From Geosiphon pyriformis uo1 (lineage: Eukaryota > Fungi > Glomeromycota): a DNA stretch of 64,000 nt. Below the pieces are notes generated by a model. It did not search any database. It had not been told where the DNA came from and saw nothing but the letters and a program-made list of their open reading frames with translations. Made by a program: the position numbers and the translations under genes. The stretch is taken from the NCBI GenBank assembly GCA_016748015.1, contig JAAOMT010000144.1, positions 74,557 through 138,556 of the forward strand, read 5' to 3'. Positions 42,348 through 55,274 of this stretch are shown in pieces (the stretch's first letter is position 1; each line of letters starts with the position of its first letter).

Positions 42348-42364
42348 TGGTGCTCCCTGTGAGG
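42348..42364 (+). promoter_or_regulatory. Primer-binding site complementary to a tRNA 3' end (...CCUCACAGGGAGCACCA)
   Basis: TGG start 2 nt after the LTR end. The complement resembles the 3' ends of elongator tRNA-Met or tRNA-Ile(UAU) as I recall them; identity unconfirmed. Confidence 0.85.
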
Positions 42365-42480
42365 TTATAAAATCCACAGAAACAGAGTGCTCCAAAAATT
42401 CACAAAAGTGAAAGACCAAGAGAAAACAACAGAAAAATCACTTAGGATTCACAAAATCCTTATTTTAGCATTTCCTTTAA

Positions 42481-43290
42481 AAAACTCGTTAAATTAAAAC
42501 TCTGATTATTCAAAATCTGATCATTAAAACCCTGAACATTCGCAACTTACCTTTGATAAATTCGTTAAAAAAAAATTGTTAAAATTAAAAACTCCGATTA
42601 TTCAAAACCTGATCATTAAAACCCCAAACATTCAAAACTTACCTTTAATAAATTCATTAAAAACTCATTAAATTAAAACTCCGATTATTCAAGACCCGAT
42701 CATTAAAAACCCAAACATTCAAAAACTACCATTAATAAACTCGTTAAAACTTGTCAAATTAAAACTCTGATTATTCAAAACCCGATCATTAAAATCCCGA
42801 ACATTCGCAACTTACCTTTGATAAATTTGTTAAAAAAAAATTATTAAAATTAAAACTCCGATTATTCAAGACCTGATTGTTAAAACTCCAAACATTCAAA
42901 ACCTGATAATTCCAACCCCGCTATTGTATAAAAAACTTACCTTCGATAAACTTGTTAAATTAAAAACTCTGAAAATTATTCGAAACCTGATAATTCTAAC
43001 CCTGCTATTGTATAAAGAAACTTACCTTTAATAAAACTTGTTAAAACTCTGATTCTTCAAGACCCGATAGTTCAAAACCTGAACATTTGAAACCCGATAA
43101 ATTCCAATCCCACTAGTATAGAAAAAAACTTACCTTCGGTAAAATTCGTTAAAATTAAAACTCTGACCCGATCATTCAAAACCCAAATATTCAAAACCCG
43201 ATAAGTCTAACTCCGCTATTGTACAAGGAAACTTACCTCAGATAAAACCCATCAAACCTCTAGAAATTCAAAACTCCGATTATTTAAAGA
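42481..43290 (+). repeat. Degenerate tandem array (about 85-110-bp units built from ~15-bp aaaacccgatcattc subrepeats) inside the LTR element
   Basis: Recurrent ttaaaactccgattattcaa...cccgatcattaaaa...acattc...acttacctt blocks, roughly 8-9 units. Confidence 0.85.
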
Positions 43291-43639
43291 CCCATTGGAA
43301 AAATTCCAGAAAAAAAACTACCCAGATTCATACTTATCTGTGCAAAGACTGCCTTTTTTTGTGCCAAAAGTCAGTGTTGAGAAAAAAATTTGAGAATCAG
43401 CAGTACCAAAATTGATCAACAAATTATTAAACTTACTTGATGGCCCCGAGTCACAATCCACTTCCACGCATCATATATTTGAACTCCGAAGAAGATGAGC
43501 CAATCAGCGAAAATTGGAATCAGAACTTAATCCCGATTCAAACTCTACTAATGACGATGATGACAATTCAAACTCCACCAACAATGACAACAATGATTCA
43601 AACTCTGCTTCAAATACCAAACAATATATCATGCTTCTA

Positions 43640-43835
43640 GATTTTACAATGGAGCAGAAATTAACTCAATTCAGTGATAATAATGAGAGCATTATGGCTG
43701 AACGTGTGCATAATACGAATGCAGAATTTGAAATTAGATATCTTGGACAGACCACTATAGTTTTAAAAAAAAAAAAACACCATTCATGTACCAAAATAGA
43801 TTTAATAATAACAATAGAAATTATGGCAACAACAT
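43640..43835 (+). pseudogene. N-terminal dUTPase-like relic within the LTR element
   Basis: IMAERVHNTNAEFEIRY...HSCTKIDLIITIEI resembles dUTPase motif 1 (P.RAH..DAG.DL) and the following strand. Several substitutions are G>A/C>T type. Truncated before motifs 2-5. Confidence 0.55.
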
Positions 43836-43895
43836 TGAGACAAAAGAGAAATTTAGAAGATTTCGCAGGAGCTCAATTCTAAAAGAGAGGGATAA

Positions 43896-44912
43896 TGTTA
43901 CCCGAGTAGAAAAACCGATCCAAAGTTATGAAGAAATGTGACCAAAACATAACATAACACAGAATAGCATGCAATAACGTTGAATAATACATTATAACTT
44001 AGAATAACACAGAATAACGTGTTATAACATAGGATAACACAAAATAACATATAATAACACCAGATAACATATTATAACATAGGATAACTAGTAATAACAT
44101 AGAAAAATGAAGCAATTACAGAAATAGCAAAGCAATAGTTAGCAATAATAGAACAATTAGAAATAATCCTGTAGAGCAAAAAAAATGTATAAAATGAGTA
44201 GCTGTAGAAGTTAGAAAGACATCCAGAAAGAAAATTAGACTTTCAGAAGTCAATTAAACTCTCAGAGTCAATTAGACTCACAGGTTATAATTATTAAATA
44301 CTCTTCCTTTCAAAGATAGTTGCTATTAACTGAAATAGAATTATATCAATAAAATATTCCTTTAATTCTTCAAATCCATGTTATTATCCACTACTTAACC
44401 TGCTGGCACAATAGCTCTTGATCATGACTATTAACAAGACACTTATTTCTTATTTTTATTTTCTTTATTTTCTTTATTTTCTTTTATTTTCTTTTATTTT
44501 CTTTTATTTTTTTTCTTTTTTTCTCTTGTGGAGTGACAACATAGAAAAATTGACTGTCTGGAAATAGACTTCATAATAGCCTGGTAAAAGAAGAAGGCTC
44601 TCCCTAGGTTTTAGATATTAATATTATCTTGATAGCTTACCAGAAGGGTGAAAAAACAACACCAGACCCTAATAACTGCACTCATTAGCTCGAAGAAGAA
44701 AGCTTACATTTATGGAAAATGTTGTAATCGACGAAAAACAAACTCTGTGCCTTATAACCAAAGAACTCAATAGGTAAATTCACATCCAGGAATAGACTTT
44801 CAGAGACTGATAACCAAGACTAAGCCAACAAAATTATGTAGAAGACGCATTCTCAATAATTGAGAGCACCAAATGTTACCAGTTCTATTATCTACCAAAT
44901 TTATCTGTAATA
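43896..44912 (+). repeat. 3' LTR
   Basis: Direct repeat of 41340-42345, preceded by the PPT. Confidence 0.93.
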
Positions 44913-47900
44913 GTATCTACCAAACCTAACAGCAAAGAATTTCATAACACCAAGCATATAAATAACACCAGCTAACAACCTGAAATTGACACTATTAGAC
45001 AAGTCAGAAACCAAACTATTATCTCCAACCAAGCTGACCTTTTCCATATTCACTTTATGTTTGGCTCTAATAGATTATATCTTATCACAATGTAACTTCA
45101 CTACAAATCTGACGTATTTAACAAGAGCTAAAACAGCTTTTTTTTTCCCCTTAAAAACTAAGACAGCTTCAGCATACCAATCTTTTATTACAAAATCTTT
45201 GCAAATAGCCATATAAAGACTCACATCCAAAAAACACAATGAAGGCAAAAGCAAAATAGCAGATGTAAATAGATTCGAAAAACCAGACATTGACTTCCAT
45301 TTTTCAGTAGCTTTAACCAAAATGTCCCCATGCAGACCAGAGTTACCAGAACAGGTAAAAACATGGTCAGATAACTTTACCTTGTTACACATTAAGCACA
45401 ACACTCCAGAGTAACTCTTCTTATACAATCTTTTTCTAATTGCAATCAGCAGCTGTCTATATACAGCCTTTATCAAATATGTGCACAGATTGGCTGATTT
45501 CCTACTGGTAAACCCAAACAGCATATGTGAATCAGAGTGCCAAACTGCTGCAGTAGTCTTCCAATCTATTTTTCTAATTATAACATCTAAAACAATATCA
45601 AAACTTAGACCAGCCTCCCAACAAGTATGGCATATTGACTGGTATAAGTCTTGAACAAAATGACGAATATTGCCAAATACAGCAAATCCTTCAGCAACCA
45701 GAAATCTTTTCCAAATTCCAACTGACAAAAAAAAAAATAAAGAAGTCGCCTTATTAACTAATACATCAGTCTTAATATTATCTACTACACCTAAATGCCC
45801 CTTAACCTTTACCCACTTAATTGAAATATTTTTACTTATAAGGAGATTGTCTATATGCAATATTTTGATTCAACATTGGTTATGGAAGTCAGGCATAGTG
45901 AAAGAGGTCTCAAAAGTGCATGCATCAATTACAGATTGACTATCTGAGTATAAAACCACTAAGCACGAAGATGGAATACATTTTAAAGCTAATACTACAG
46001 CCTGCAATACAGTTAAAGTAGAGGACAAAAACCTATCTATTCTAATCCCAATATCTGTATTTGTAGCCAGAAAGTATACAGCCACTTCACTCATTACCTT
46101 AGTAGAACCAACATATTGTAAGGATTCATCTGTATAAATCTCAATGCAATCAGACCACACCTCTAGTAAACTATTACAAACATCAGAAAATCCATCAAAA
46201 TCCAAAACACTTAGCACATTTTTTCCACTAGCAGAAGCAGTACCGACCTCCAAAGAAACAGATTTGGTTATAAAATTAAATGTTAATGAGAACCAATAAG
46301 GCACTGGGCCTCTTGGATTCAACTGCTTTCAATGATAGAATGTCTTCCAGTTCATCATCTTTCCTTCCTTATTAAGAAGTCTGTCACCAAATGCAACACC
46401 AAATTATTTCAATGACAAAACAGATTTGAAATACAAGGACTGACCCAAGATGCTAGACATCGGAAAGTTACTACACCTATGAAAAGCACAAAGCAGATTG
46501 TTTGCCAATAACAACTCATTATTCAGAAAAATTTTCACCATCCCAGCCAGAAAATTGTTTACAGAACTAACATGCAATCTGACTGGAAATTGTAAAGGAT
46601 CCAGAATAACCCACCTCAAAACTTGTAAATTCAAAAATTTATAATCAAATAAGCATCCCAGAATGTCATGGCTATTGAAAAATGAGATCAGTAATACCAG
46701 CTTTTCTTCAGACTGTACTTGCTCAAAGGACTTCAAACTATATAAAGAAGAATAGTACAAGACCTCACTGAGAAAGTCACGTGGCAAATTAGCTTTGGCT
46801 TTAAGACTTTTTCTAATCATAATATTCCACTTACAATACACAGCTAAAGAAATGAAACTGAATTGTATATGATAACCAACTATGGGTTGCAAGACTGCTA
46901 ACACCAAATAACAGAATTATTTGTTTGTAATAGCCTTTTTTAACACTATATTAGAAAAAAACTTGATATTCACATGAGCTTGAGCCAAACTGAGTTTAGA
47001 GAAACCCTCAGTTGACAAAAATATGCCTAAATATTGGTGTGGCTCTTCTTTTTTAGCAATTGAAATTGGCAATCTATTAATTAATAGTGAGGCATTCTTA
47101 ATTTTTTGATTGATTGAAATAGCTACCATTTTATTAATATTAATTAAAATGTCATTAATCACAAAAAATTCACTTGCAATGTTCAAAATATACTGCATAG
47201 AAGCATGACTACTACCAATCCAAATTGTATCATCAACAAATGCACCAGCAGCTAAAAAAGAAGTTTTTTTTCCACTTATTTTAATCCTGCCAGACTTAGC
47301 TACGAACCTAGAATTAATCCTGTACCCACATAAGTGTTCATGCTTTTTTATCTTACACAGAAGTGGGTCATTAAAGATCTTCCAAAACAGTGAAGAGAAA
47401 ACCTCTCTCTGATCTAACTTGTCATGTATCTTGTAGTCTTTTAAGAGCCCAAAGTCTATCATTACTCTGTTAACCTGGTTTTCATGGATGTTACCAAAAA
47501 GTTGGATAAAGTGTTTACATATTTTTATGTGATACAAGCTTATTTGCAAATAATGCCAGTCTACTAAATCATAGGCTTTGTACATATTTTGTAGTACCAA
47601 TTAAAGCTCTCTGTTTTTTTCCAGAGCATTTTTAACAACCAAACCAATAGCAAAAATATGAGACTGGGTGGAAGTACTCTTCAACACTAAAAAGTTGTCA
47701 CCACAAAGAACATTAAACTTACTACAAGCCAATAATATCTGATCATATAGAATCTTAGATAGTATTTTATGTACAGTATTGACTAATGCAATAAGCCTAG
47801 TATTTGTTAGAACACAATTTTATTTGTAAGGTTTTGGAATTATAGAAATCTATGCCTTTTTCTAGGGATTAGAAACTACACCCTGACTTAAATACAAATT

Positions 47901-50900
47901 CAATAGCCTCAAAAGACAGGCCAAAATCTTTTTACCACAATGCTTCTAAAGTTTATTAGGTATCCCTGACAATCCAACAGCTTTATTATTTGGTAGGTTA
48001 TCAACAACCAAAGACAATTCCACCATACTGATTACATCCATTATACCAGAAAAAGCATTATCATTTACATAATCTAGAGGCATATATTGTCAAAACCAAA
48101 GGTCAGGCATTTTTGGAAAAATAGATTATTTTCTTGTCCACCCTTCTATAATTTCATTGACCTTGAGCAATACCTCTTTAGGCTCAACAACCAGCTCATT
48201 ATCTACTACTAAGTAATTCAAAACTACTTTGCAAAATGGATGTTTTAAGATGCTTTTTATTATTCTCCCTTTGTCAAAACAAAAATTTTCCATATAGCAG
48301 TCAATTACCTTTCTTATAGCAGTATCTTTAGCAATCTTAGACTCGCAATATTTGGACTTCCAATACTTCTTTCTTATTACTGACAAATGCTTAACCAACT
48401 TTACTGAGCTTACACCAGTCAAAATTATGCTATCAATCTTGGAAGCTTCAACACCATCAATAGCCAATCAGACCTTAATAAGACAGTTGAAATTCAATAG
48501 ATTACTGGAATTCCAATATTTCAAAATCTTTGCAATAAGCTGTTCCAATTTAAAGAACTTCAAAGATTGTTTATTCTTTAAACAGTCACATTCACCATAC
48601 CAAATCTTAGAGAAAACTGTATTGGCAGCTTGTACTATGGCCTCTTCCAGCATTTTCCACATTGTATTTAAGTCATCGTTGTTTTCTGCCTCTTCAAACA
48701 TATCTGACCTAACCAACAACTCAGCAGACACATGGTCCTTAAAGTCCAACTACTGAATATAATTCACATTCTTTAAATTGAATTTCTATTGGTCTCTGTT
48801 GACTTGCTTGTGAATGCTAATAAAATAGACATCCAGTAATCCACCCAGACCAATTAAAACTGAAACTGATTTATGATCTGAATTAAAAAACTCAAACACA
48901 TCATTGACTTTATGCAATGCAATAGCAGACACCAAATTTCCACTCACTAGAATAAAATCAATCACTCTCTTAACACCTTTAGAATTGCTCTAAGTAATTG
49001 CTTTGGCCAGCAAGTGCCCATTAAAAGTGTTAACTAGGCCCAACCCCAAACAAAACTTGAAACTTGCACTTTTCTAAGATCTATTTTTATTAAAGTCATC
49101 ACTCAAAATCACAAAAGAGCTGGAATTAACTGCCTTGAAAATCATAGAATTAATAACAGCAGCTTGACCAAAATGTGTGCCAACAGACACACCAGTATAT
49201 AGACCCAAGATTATAACTGAAAGCTTGTTTCTGAAAAAAGGTGCACAGAGATCAACTGACCAGGAATCTCATCTACTTTTGAAACATATTAAGCCAAAGA
49301 AGTGTTTATAATAATGCAATACCATTGCCTTAAAAACCAACATCCAAACCAGTAGTGAAAATCCAGACACCATCAAACTTACCCATAATCCAAGGCCTAA
49401 TATCAGATCTCAATTTTGTTTTAGTAACAATAGAAATCATATTACCCAAATCCTTATGTCAACAAACAATGTCATCTTGTTTAGCCAAATTCATCATACC
49501 TCTAGTATTACATGTAGCCACCCTCCAAACAAGCTCATTTATTGATGCAAATAATGTGTCAAGGAGCCTAAATTCACACACAACAGATCTAACTTTCCCA
49601 AAATCAAGTCGATAGAAACTTCAAGAGCTATCATTTTAAATTCTAACTCACCAACTTTAGAAGTCAGAACTTTTGAACTACTTAAATCCAAATCAACTGT
49701 TTTTTCTTCAATCTTGGGAGACGAAGGAAGAAGAGATGGCCATAGAATATCTAAAATCATATCAGCATCTGATATTGATAACACAAAGATAAAGACATCT
49801 GGATGTTCAACTTTGAGAACAAGCACCAGAAGCACCAGCTCCATACTATTTAACTTGTGCAAAACATCTGATACTTGATCAGCTAACAATTCCAAAAAGC
49901 ATTCTAATAAAGCCAGATAATTGTTAATTGAAGAACTATCATGATCGGCCAGAGTATCCCCTTTATCACAGACAACACCAAGAGAAGAAAAACCAGCTCC
50001 AGAGCCAGAACCAAAATGAGAGCCACCAAAAGGAGAGGCAATTGAAATTATCTGTGCCCAAAACTTGCCACCAAAAGCAGCAGAACAAAAGATAGGAACA
50101 TTCTTCTTTGTGTACAGCTTTACTAGCTGAAGATGATGTACATCTGAAGTGACCTTCTTAATAAACCTTAAGGATTTAGCATTGGGTGCAATAGTTGCAT
50201 TACACTCTATAGCAGAATGATTAAAGTGTCCACAATTCTCACAGCAAACCAGATCTAATCTAGCCCAAAAAAGTTTAACACCACCAAAAATTGGCTCAGT
50301 TTGATATGCAGATTCAAGACACTCCTCAGATTCAAAACCAACTACAGTGCATCAAATTTGGTTGCCAGTATTAAGTGAGCAATTGATGATACAAGTTTTG
50401 CCACCAATCTTGTCCAAAAGAGTGTCCAGATTATGAGCAGTTATACCCATAGACAAAGTAAACAACAAAACCCTAAACCAATCCCTTGATGCTCAGGTAT
50501 TGTGATCTCTTTCAGCCATAGCCACATGTACCAAATCTTTACCAATTAGAAAGGACCATCTAGCAGCCAAAAGTTCAGTCTGATCTGATTTAGTAAATTT
50601 TACCATAGTCTTTTGCCACAACCCAATCAGTTAAACTTTGATTGACTTAATTTCACCAAACTCAGCTAAAGCAGTAATGATCATTTTCTTTGGTGTGTTC
50701 ATAAGAATTTTTTTAATGACCACAGCCCAATTTGAATGGATTTCTTGTTTCTTAAGATTACTGTTTACATCGATTCCTTTTTCTCTGGCCAATGATGTGG
50801 TTATTTCTATGTTTTTTTCTGAAGTGAAGATAGATTAGATGATCTCTTCAAATTTTGAGGGAGTAGTAGTCTCCCCAAAACCATTGACTAATGAAAATAA

Positions 50901-53900
50901 TTTTCTGATAAATTGAGTTTTAGCTGTTACTAATTTTCCATCCACAGCTAATAGATTAATGTCCAAAGTAAAAAATTTTTTTACTAATACTTCAACCTAA
51001 GTTTTCACAATTTTAGGATCAATTTACTTTTTGTCAAGAAAGAAGTTGAGAGAAGGAGGGAGAGAGCCCATTTTTTCATCCATTTCAAAGTCTATAACTT
51101 CAACAGGAGTACTACTAATTAAACCAATATTGCTTTTTTTAGCTTTGGAAGTAAAAGCTGCTAAGCCAAGGAGAAAACCACCATTTGAGCCCACTACAGA
51201 GCGACCAGTCTCATTGTTACTGAATTCACTGTCCATATTCGAATACATGTCTTCACTGATATCAGATTTGACTAACAAAATTTCCTTTTCATCTCCAGAG
51301 TGTTTTATATTGCCAACAAAAATCTTCTTTTTTTAAGAGAAAATACCACCAACAGAGCCATGAAAAGCACTTTTTGGGCTTTTTTTCATAGACATACTGC
51401 TATTTGAAGCAGCCTTCAGGCTCACTACAAAGGGGTTATTAGCTTGAGAAATGTTGAAAGTAATATAACAATGAGATAAAAAACAAAAACTTCTTTTTCA
51501 AAATTTGTTTTTTGGAGAATTTGGACAAAGGAGAGAAAGAAGTTTTTTTTTTTCTTTTTTTAAATTGCTTTGTATTGTTGTTTTAATTATAAAACTATTT
51601 ATTAAAGAATTAATTAGATTAAAATCCAAACACTTCTTAAAACTGGTATTTTTTTTGAAATTATTTTTATTAAAATATCTTTTAAAATAATATATAAACT
51701 TTTATTTATTATCTTAATTATAAAAAAAAAATTTTTATTAGCTTAATTTAAATATATAATTAATAAAATATTAATATAAAAACCTAAAATAAAACAAAAA
51801 ACTTGTTTTTAAACAGCAATTTAAGCAACAAAAGTTAATTAGTTATTTTAAATACTTTTAAATATAATGACTTAAATTATTGTTTATAATAATTGTCATG
51901 TTATAACTTAAATAATCAAAGTTTAAACCAGAAATAAAGACTTATATACTATTAAACTTGTTTTTAATTTAAAACTTAATTTAACTTTTTAGTTTTATCT
52001 TAATAATAATAAATATTAGATTGTTTATTTTCTTGTTTTATTTAATAAAAATTTTTTATTTAATAAGATTGTTTATTCTTTTTATATTAGACAACTTACT
52101 AAAAAAAATACAAATATTTTATTTTTAGAAAACAATATACTAAAATTTGGTATTATTATATTAATAAAATTCAAAAGCTTATAAATACTAATTTTAAAAT
52201 TATTTAATTGCTTAATAACATAAACAAAAACATTAAAATCTGCAAATAAAACACCAAGTATTTTTTTAAAAAAATTTTTTAAGACCATATTAAAATTGAG
52301 AACTGGATTTATAAAAAAAGCAGTATTTTAAAAAAAAATAACAAAAAAAAATAAAGTATTTAATTTTTCAGATATTTATAAAACTTGATAAAAAAAAAAG
52401 CTTCAAACTTTTTTTTAATTTGTCTAATTATAAAATTGCAAATAAAAAGATATTATTAGAGAAAATATTATTTAAAAATAAAATTTGTTTATTACTATTA
52501 TCAACAAATCAATTAAAAAAGATTATTTTAAGACAAGATAACAAAATTTTTTACAATTTTTACAATAAATTAAGTTTAATTTAGTCCAAAAAAAATCAAC
52601 TCTATTATATACAAAAATAGTACAATAAATCTAATTTAATGTTTTTTTAAAATCAAAACAAATTGTTATATATTAAACTTTAATAATAGTAGCAAATATA
52701 TAATTAATAACACATATTTTTTTATTAGTTTTTTTCAAAAAATCTCTAAAAATATATATTATTATATTTATAAGCAAAATAAACAACAATAATTCTTAAA
52801 TAATTAGATTGTATAATTTATATTAGTTTTAATTATATGTATTAAATTTTTGCTAATTAAAATTAATAACTTAAATATTAATAGATCAATTTGGTCTAAT
52901 TTAACAAATTTTATAACTGTTTTTTGCCATAGTTTAATAAGTTACTAAACTTAAATAAAACTGAAACAATTACATTCTTAAATATATTTATAAAAATTTT
53001 CTTAATAATTATAGCTTAATTTATTTAAATTTTTGTTTTTTAGATTAATCATTATTAAGATCTTTTTTTTAATTATTAAAGTAATAATTTTTTTAAATCT
53101 ATTAATTAAAAAAAATAATTTAATAATTAATAATTTTGTTATAGCAGATTTCTTTTAAATTTTAATATGTTAATATTTAAAACATAAAATTTTTTGATAA
53201 ATACTTCTATTTTTTTCTTAAAAATTTTAAAATTAATCTACTTTTTTATTAAAAAAATAATATAATAAAAAGAAAAAGTTATTTCTTCACTTTTAATTAA
53301 AATTAATTATAACTAATAAAATATTTTCTTGTTTATTAGTATTTATTTTTTTACATTTAGTATATTTGTTTGAAAATTAAGAAAACTTTTATATTTATTA
53401 TCTATTTTATATTTATTATTAACTGTTTAAAAATTTACCAGTTCTTTTATTAAGTCTATTTTTATGTTTACAAATTACTTATAATCTGATATAATTTACA
53501 AATAACTTGAACTCCAAATCTATTTATTACTTAAGAGCTTAATATTTTTAATTAATATTTTTAATTTCTGTAAAAAACTATTACTGACTAAGTTAAATGC
53601 AATATTTTTAGCTATTTTTTTTTGTTATAATACCATTTGTGATAGCTATTGAATTTAAGACAAAAAATTTATATTGTATGAAATATTAATAATAATACAA
53701 AAAAAACAAAAAACTTTTTTTTCAAAATTATGTCTTTGGAAAATTAAATATAATAAAAAAAAATTTTTTTAATTAAATTTGTTTAAAAAATGATAACATA
53801 ATTAAAAAAGTCGAAGTTAAATTTAATGCTAATAATAACAAAAAATTACGAATGTAGTTTTTTAGAATTCTTATATGTTTATATATAATTATTTTTTTAT

Positions 53901-55274
53901 TTTGCAATTTTATAAGTTTAATAAAAACTTTAAAAATATTTATAAAAGATTATCAATATATATTAATTTTAATTACTTAAAAAACTATAAATATCATATA
54001 TAAAAAGTAAATATTTTTTAATATTATATAATTATTAACTTATTAAATAAATATAAAACAAAGACTCTTTTTTTATTCATATTTAAAATTATATCTAAAG
54101 CAAAAATTAAAATTAAAATTTATCTTATTTTTATTAGTTTTTAATAATAATATTATATAAAAAGCTCTTTTAACAATAAAAATAATTAAACAATATTTTG
54201 TTAAAGTGTTTTTTTAAAATAATAAAAAAATAAAACAGTTTTTATTTTTGGTTCAAAGTTTTTTTTTTAAGATTTTTCCAGAGTAATTTATTAAAAACAG
54301 TCTTAATAATAATAATATTATTGTCAAAAATTCTAGAATTTTTAATTACAAACTAATAATCAAGTTATTGTTTTTTTTTTTTTTTATTGTTGTTTGGATA
54401 ATTAAAAAAGCCAAAATAACCAAAAAGCAACTTTTTTTTCAAAAATATTTCAAATAAAACTTTTAAAAAATAAAAAATTAAGTTTTTTGGATATTTTTTA
54501 AAATACTTTGATTATCTTAAAGTCTATTTTTTTTCTTTAAAAAATAAAAAATTAATTTTTTTGTTTTTAGTGTTTTTACCAGTTTTGTATTAATAGTATT
54601 AATTACAATATCTAATTTTATTTTGAATAATAACAATAGTAACATATTTGTTACAGCTAATTTAGATTAATATTAAATTATATTGTTTAATACAATAGAT
54701 TTTGATTTTTTATTACTAATTTTAAAAGTAAAACAAGTTATATTTTTTACAAATAATTTTAATTAATAATAATAATAATAATATGTTATTTAATTACAAA
54801 AATTATTTTTTTTTAAAAAAATTCTGTTAATTTTGGTGGTATTTAGAAAAAAATTACTAATTGTTAAAAGTTTTTTGAATAAATGATTTTTATTTTGGCT
54901 ATTTTTAAATTGTAAAATTTTCTGTAATTTTTGTTTTGCTTTTGGTATTTTTAATAAAATTATCAATATTAAATTGAAATTTGCTAATTTATAACAATAT
55001 ATTATTGTGTATTTAAATTTTTTGTAGTTTTTGATGCTGTTTTTGCTTGTTAATTAGTAAAAAAACAGTATTGAATTTTTTTAATCAATTAAAAAAAGTT
55101 ATTATTTTGTATAATACTATTGTAGATTAAAATAATATATTAACAAATAGCAAAAAAAACAAGTATTGAATAATAAAAAAATAAAAGAAAATTTGACTTT
55201 TAATATAAATGTTGACACTCAGTTTATGTCTTTAAAGACTTAAAAAGTTTTTCTGATTCTGTTATATTTAAAAC

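Larger units (their letters stand above)
41340..44912 (+). mobile_element. Non-autonomous LTR retrotransposon derivative (two ~1-kb LTRs, 1.55-kb internal region without gag/pol)
   Basis: LTR1 41340-42345 (TGTTA...TAACA) and LTR2 43896-44912 (TGTTA...TAATA). PBS TGGTGCTCCCTGTGAGG at 42348-42364. PPT AAAAGAGAGGGATAA at 43881-43895. 4-bp TSD GTGT/GTAT. LINE-B sequence continues on both sides. Confidence 0.93.
41134..51547 (-). mobile_element. Full-length degenerate LINE-B (ORF1 plus APE-RT-RNase H), interrupted near its 3' end by an LTR element
   Basis: 5' cttctttctctcctttgtccaaattc at 51542. ORF1 CCHC knuckle CENCGHFNHSAIEC. RT QNMYKAYD and AGAFVDDTIWIG. RNase H IYTDES, SDSQ, KVKGH. 3' tail ttctatgtactagatagcagttggacttcattcgtaaaa plus poly(A) at 41134-41195. 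Confidence 0.93.
37778..53765 (-). mobile_element. Ghost LINE-A: oldest, extremely AT-eroded full-span copy of the same LINE family, split by LINE-B (pieces about 37778-41133 and 51548-53765)
   Basis: On the minus strand: 3' tail tatgtacatggataatggttggaccacact plus A-run (37778-37835); RNase H KVKGHSGV eroded to KLKSYLEV (about 38810-38870); APE IKLKS*IKF*IKNKFNSI*VFISGLN (about 51920-52020); ORF1 LWQKTVIKFVKLDQIDL (about 52880-52935); 5' end at 53701-53765 resembles LINE-B 51481-51547. Confidence 0.75.

Noticed and set aside
42481-43290. CRISPR-like array
   Set aside because: Units are degenerate tandem repeats without unique spacers, lie inside an LTR element in a eukaryote, and there are no cas genes.
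53770-55200. Gag/zinc-knuckle relic similar to the inverted 23990-24060 region
   Set aside because: The similarity is short and within extremely AT-rich DNA, so it cannot be separated from chance by eye.
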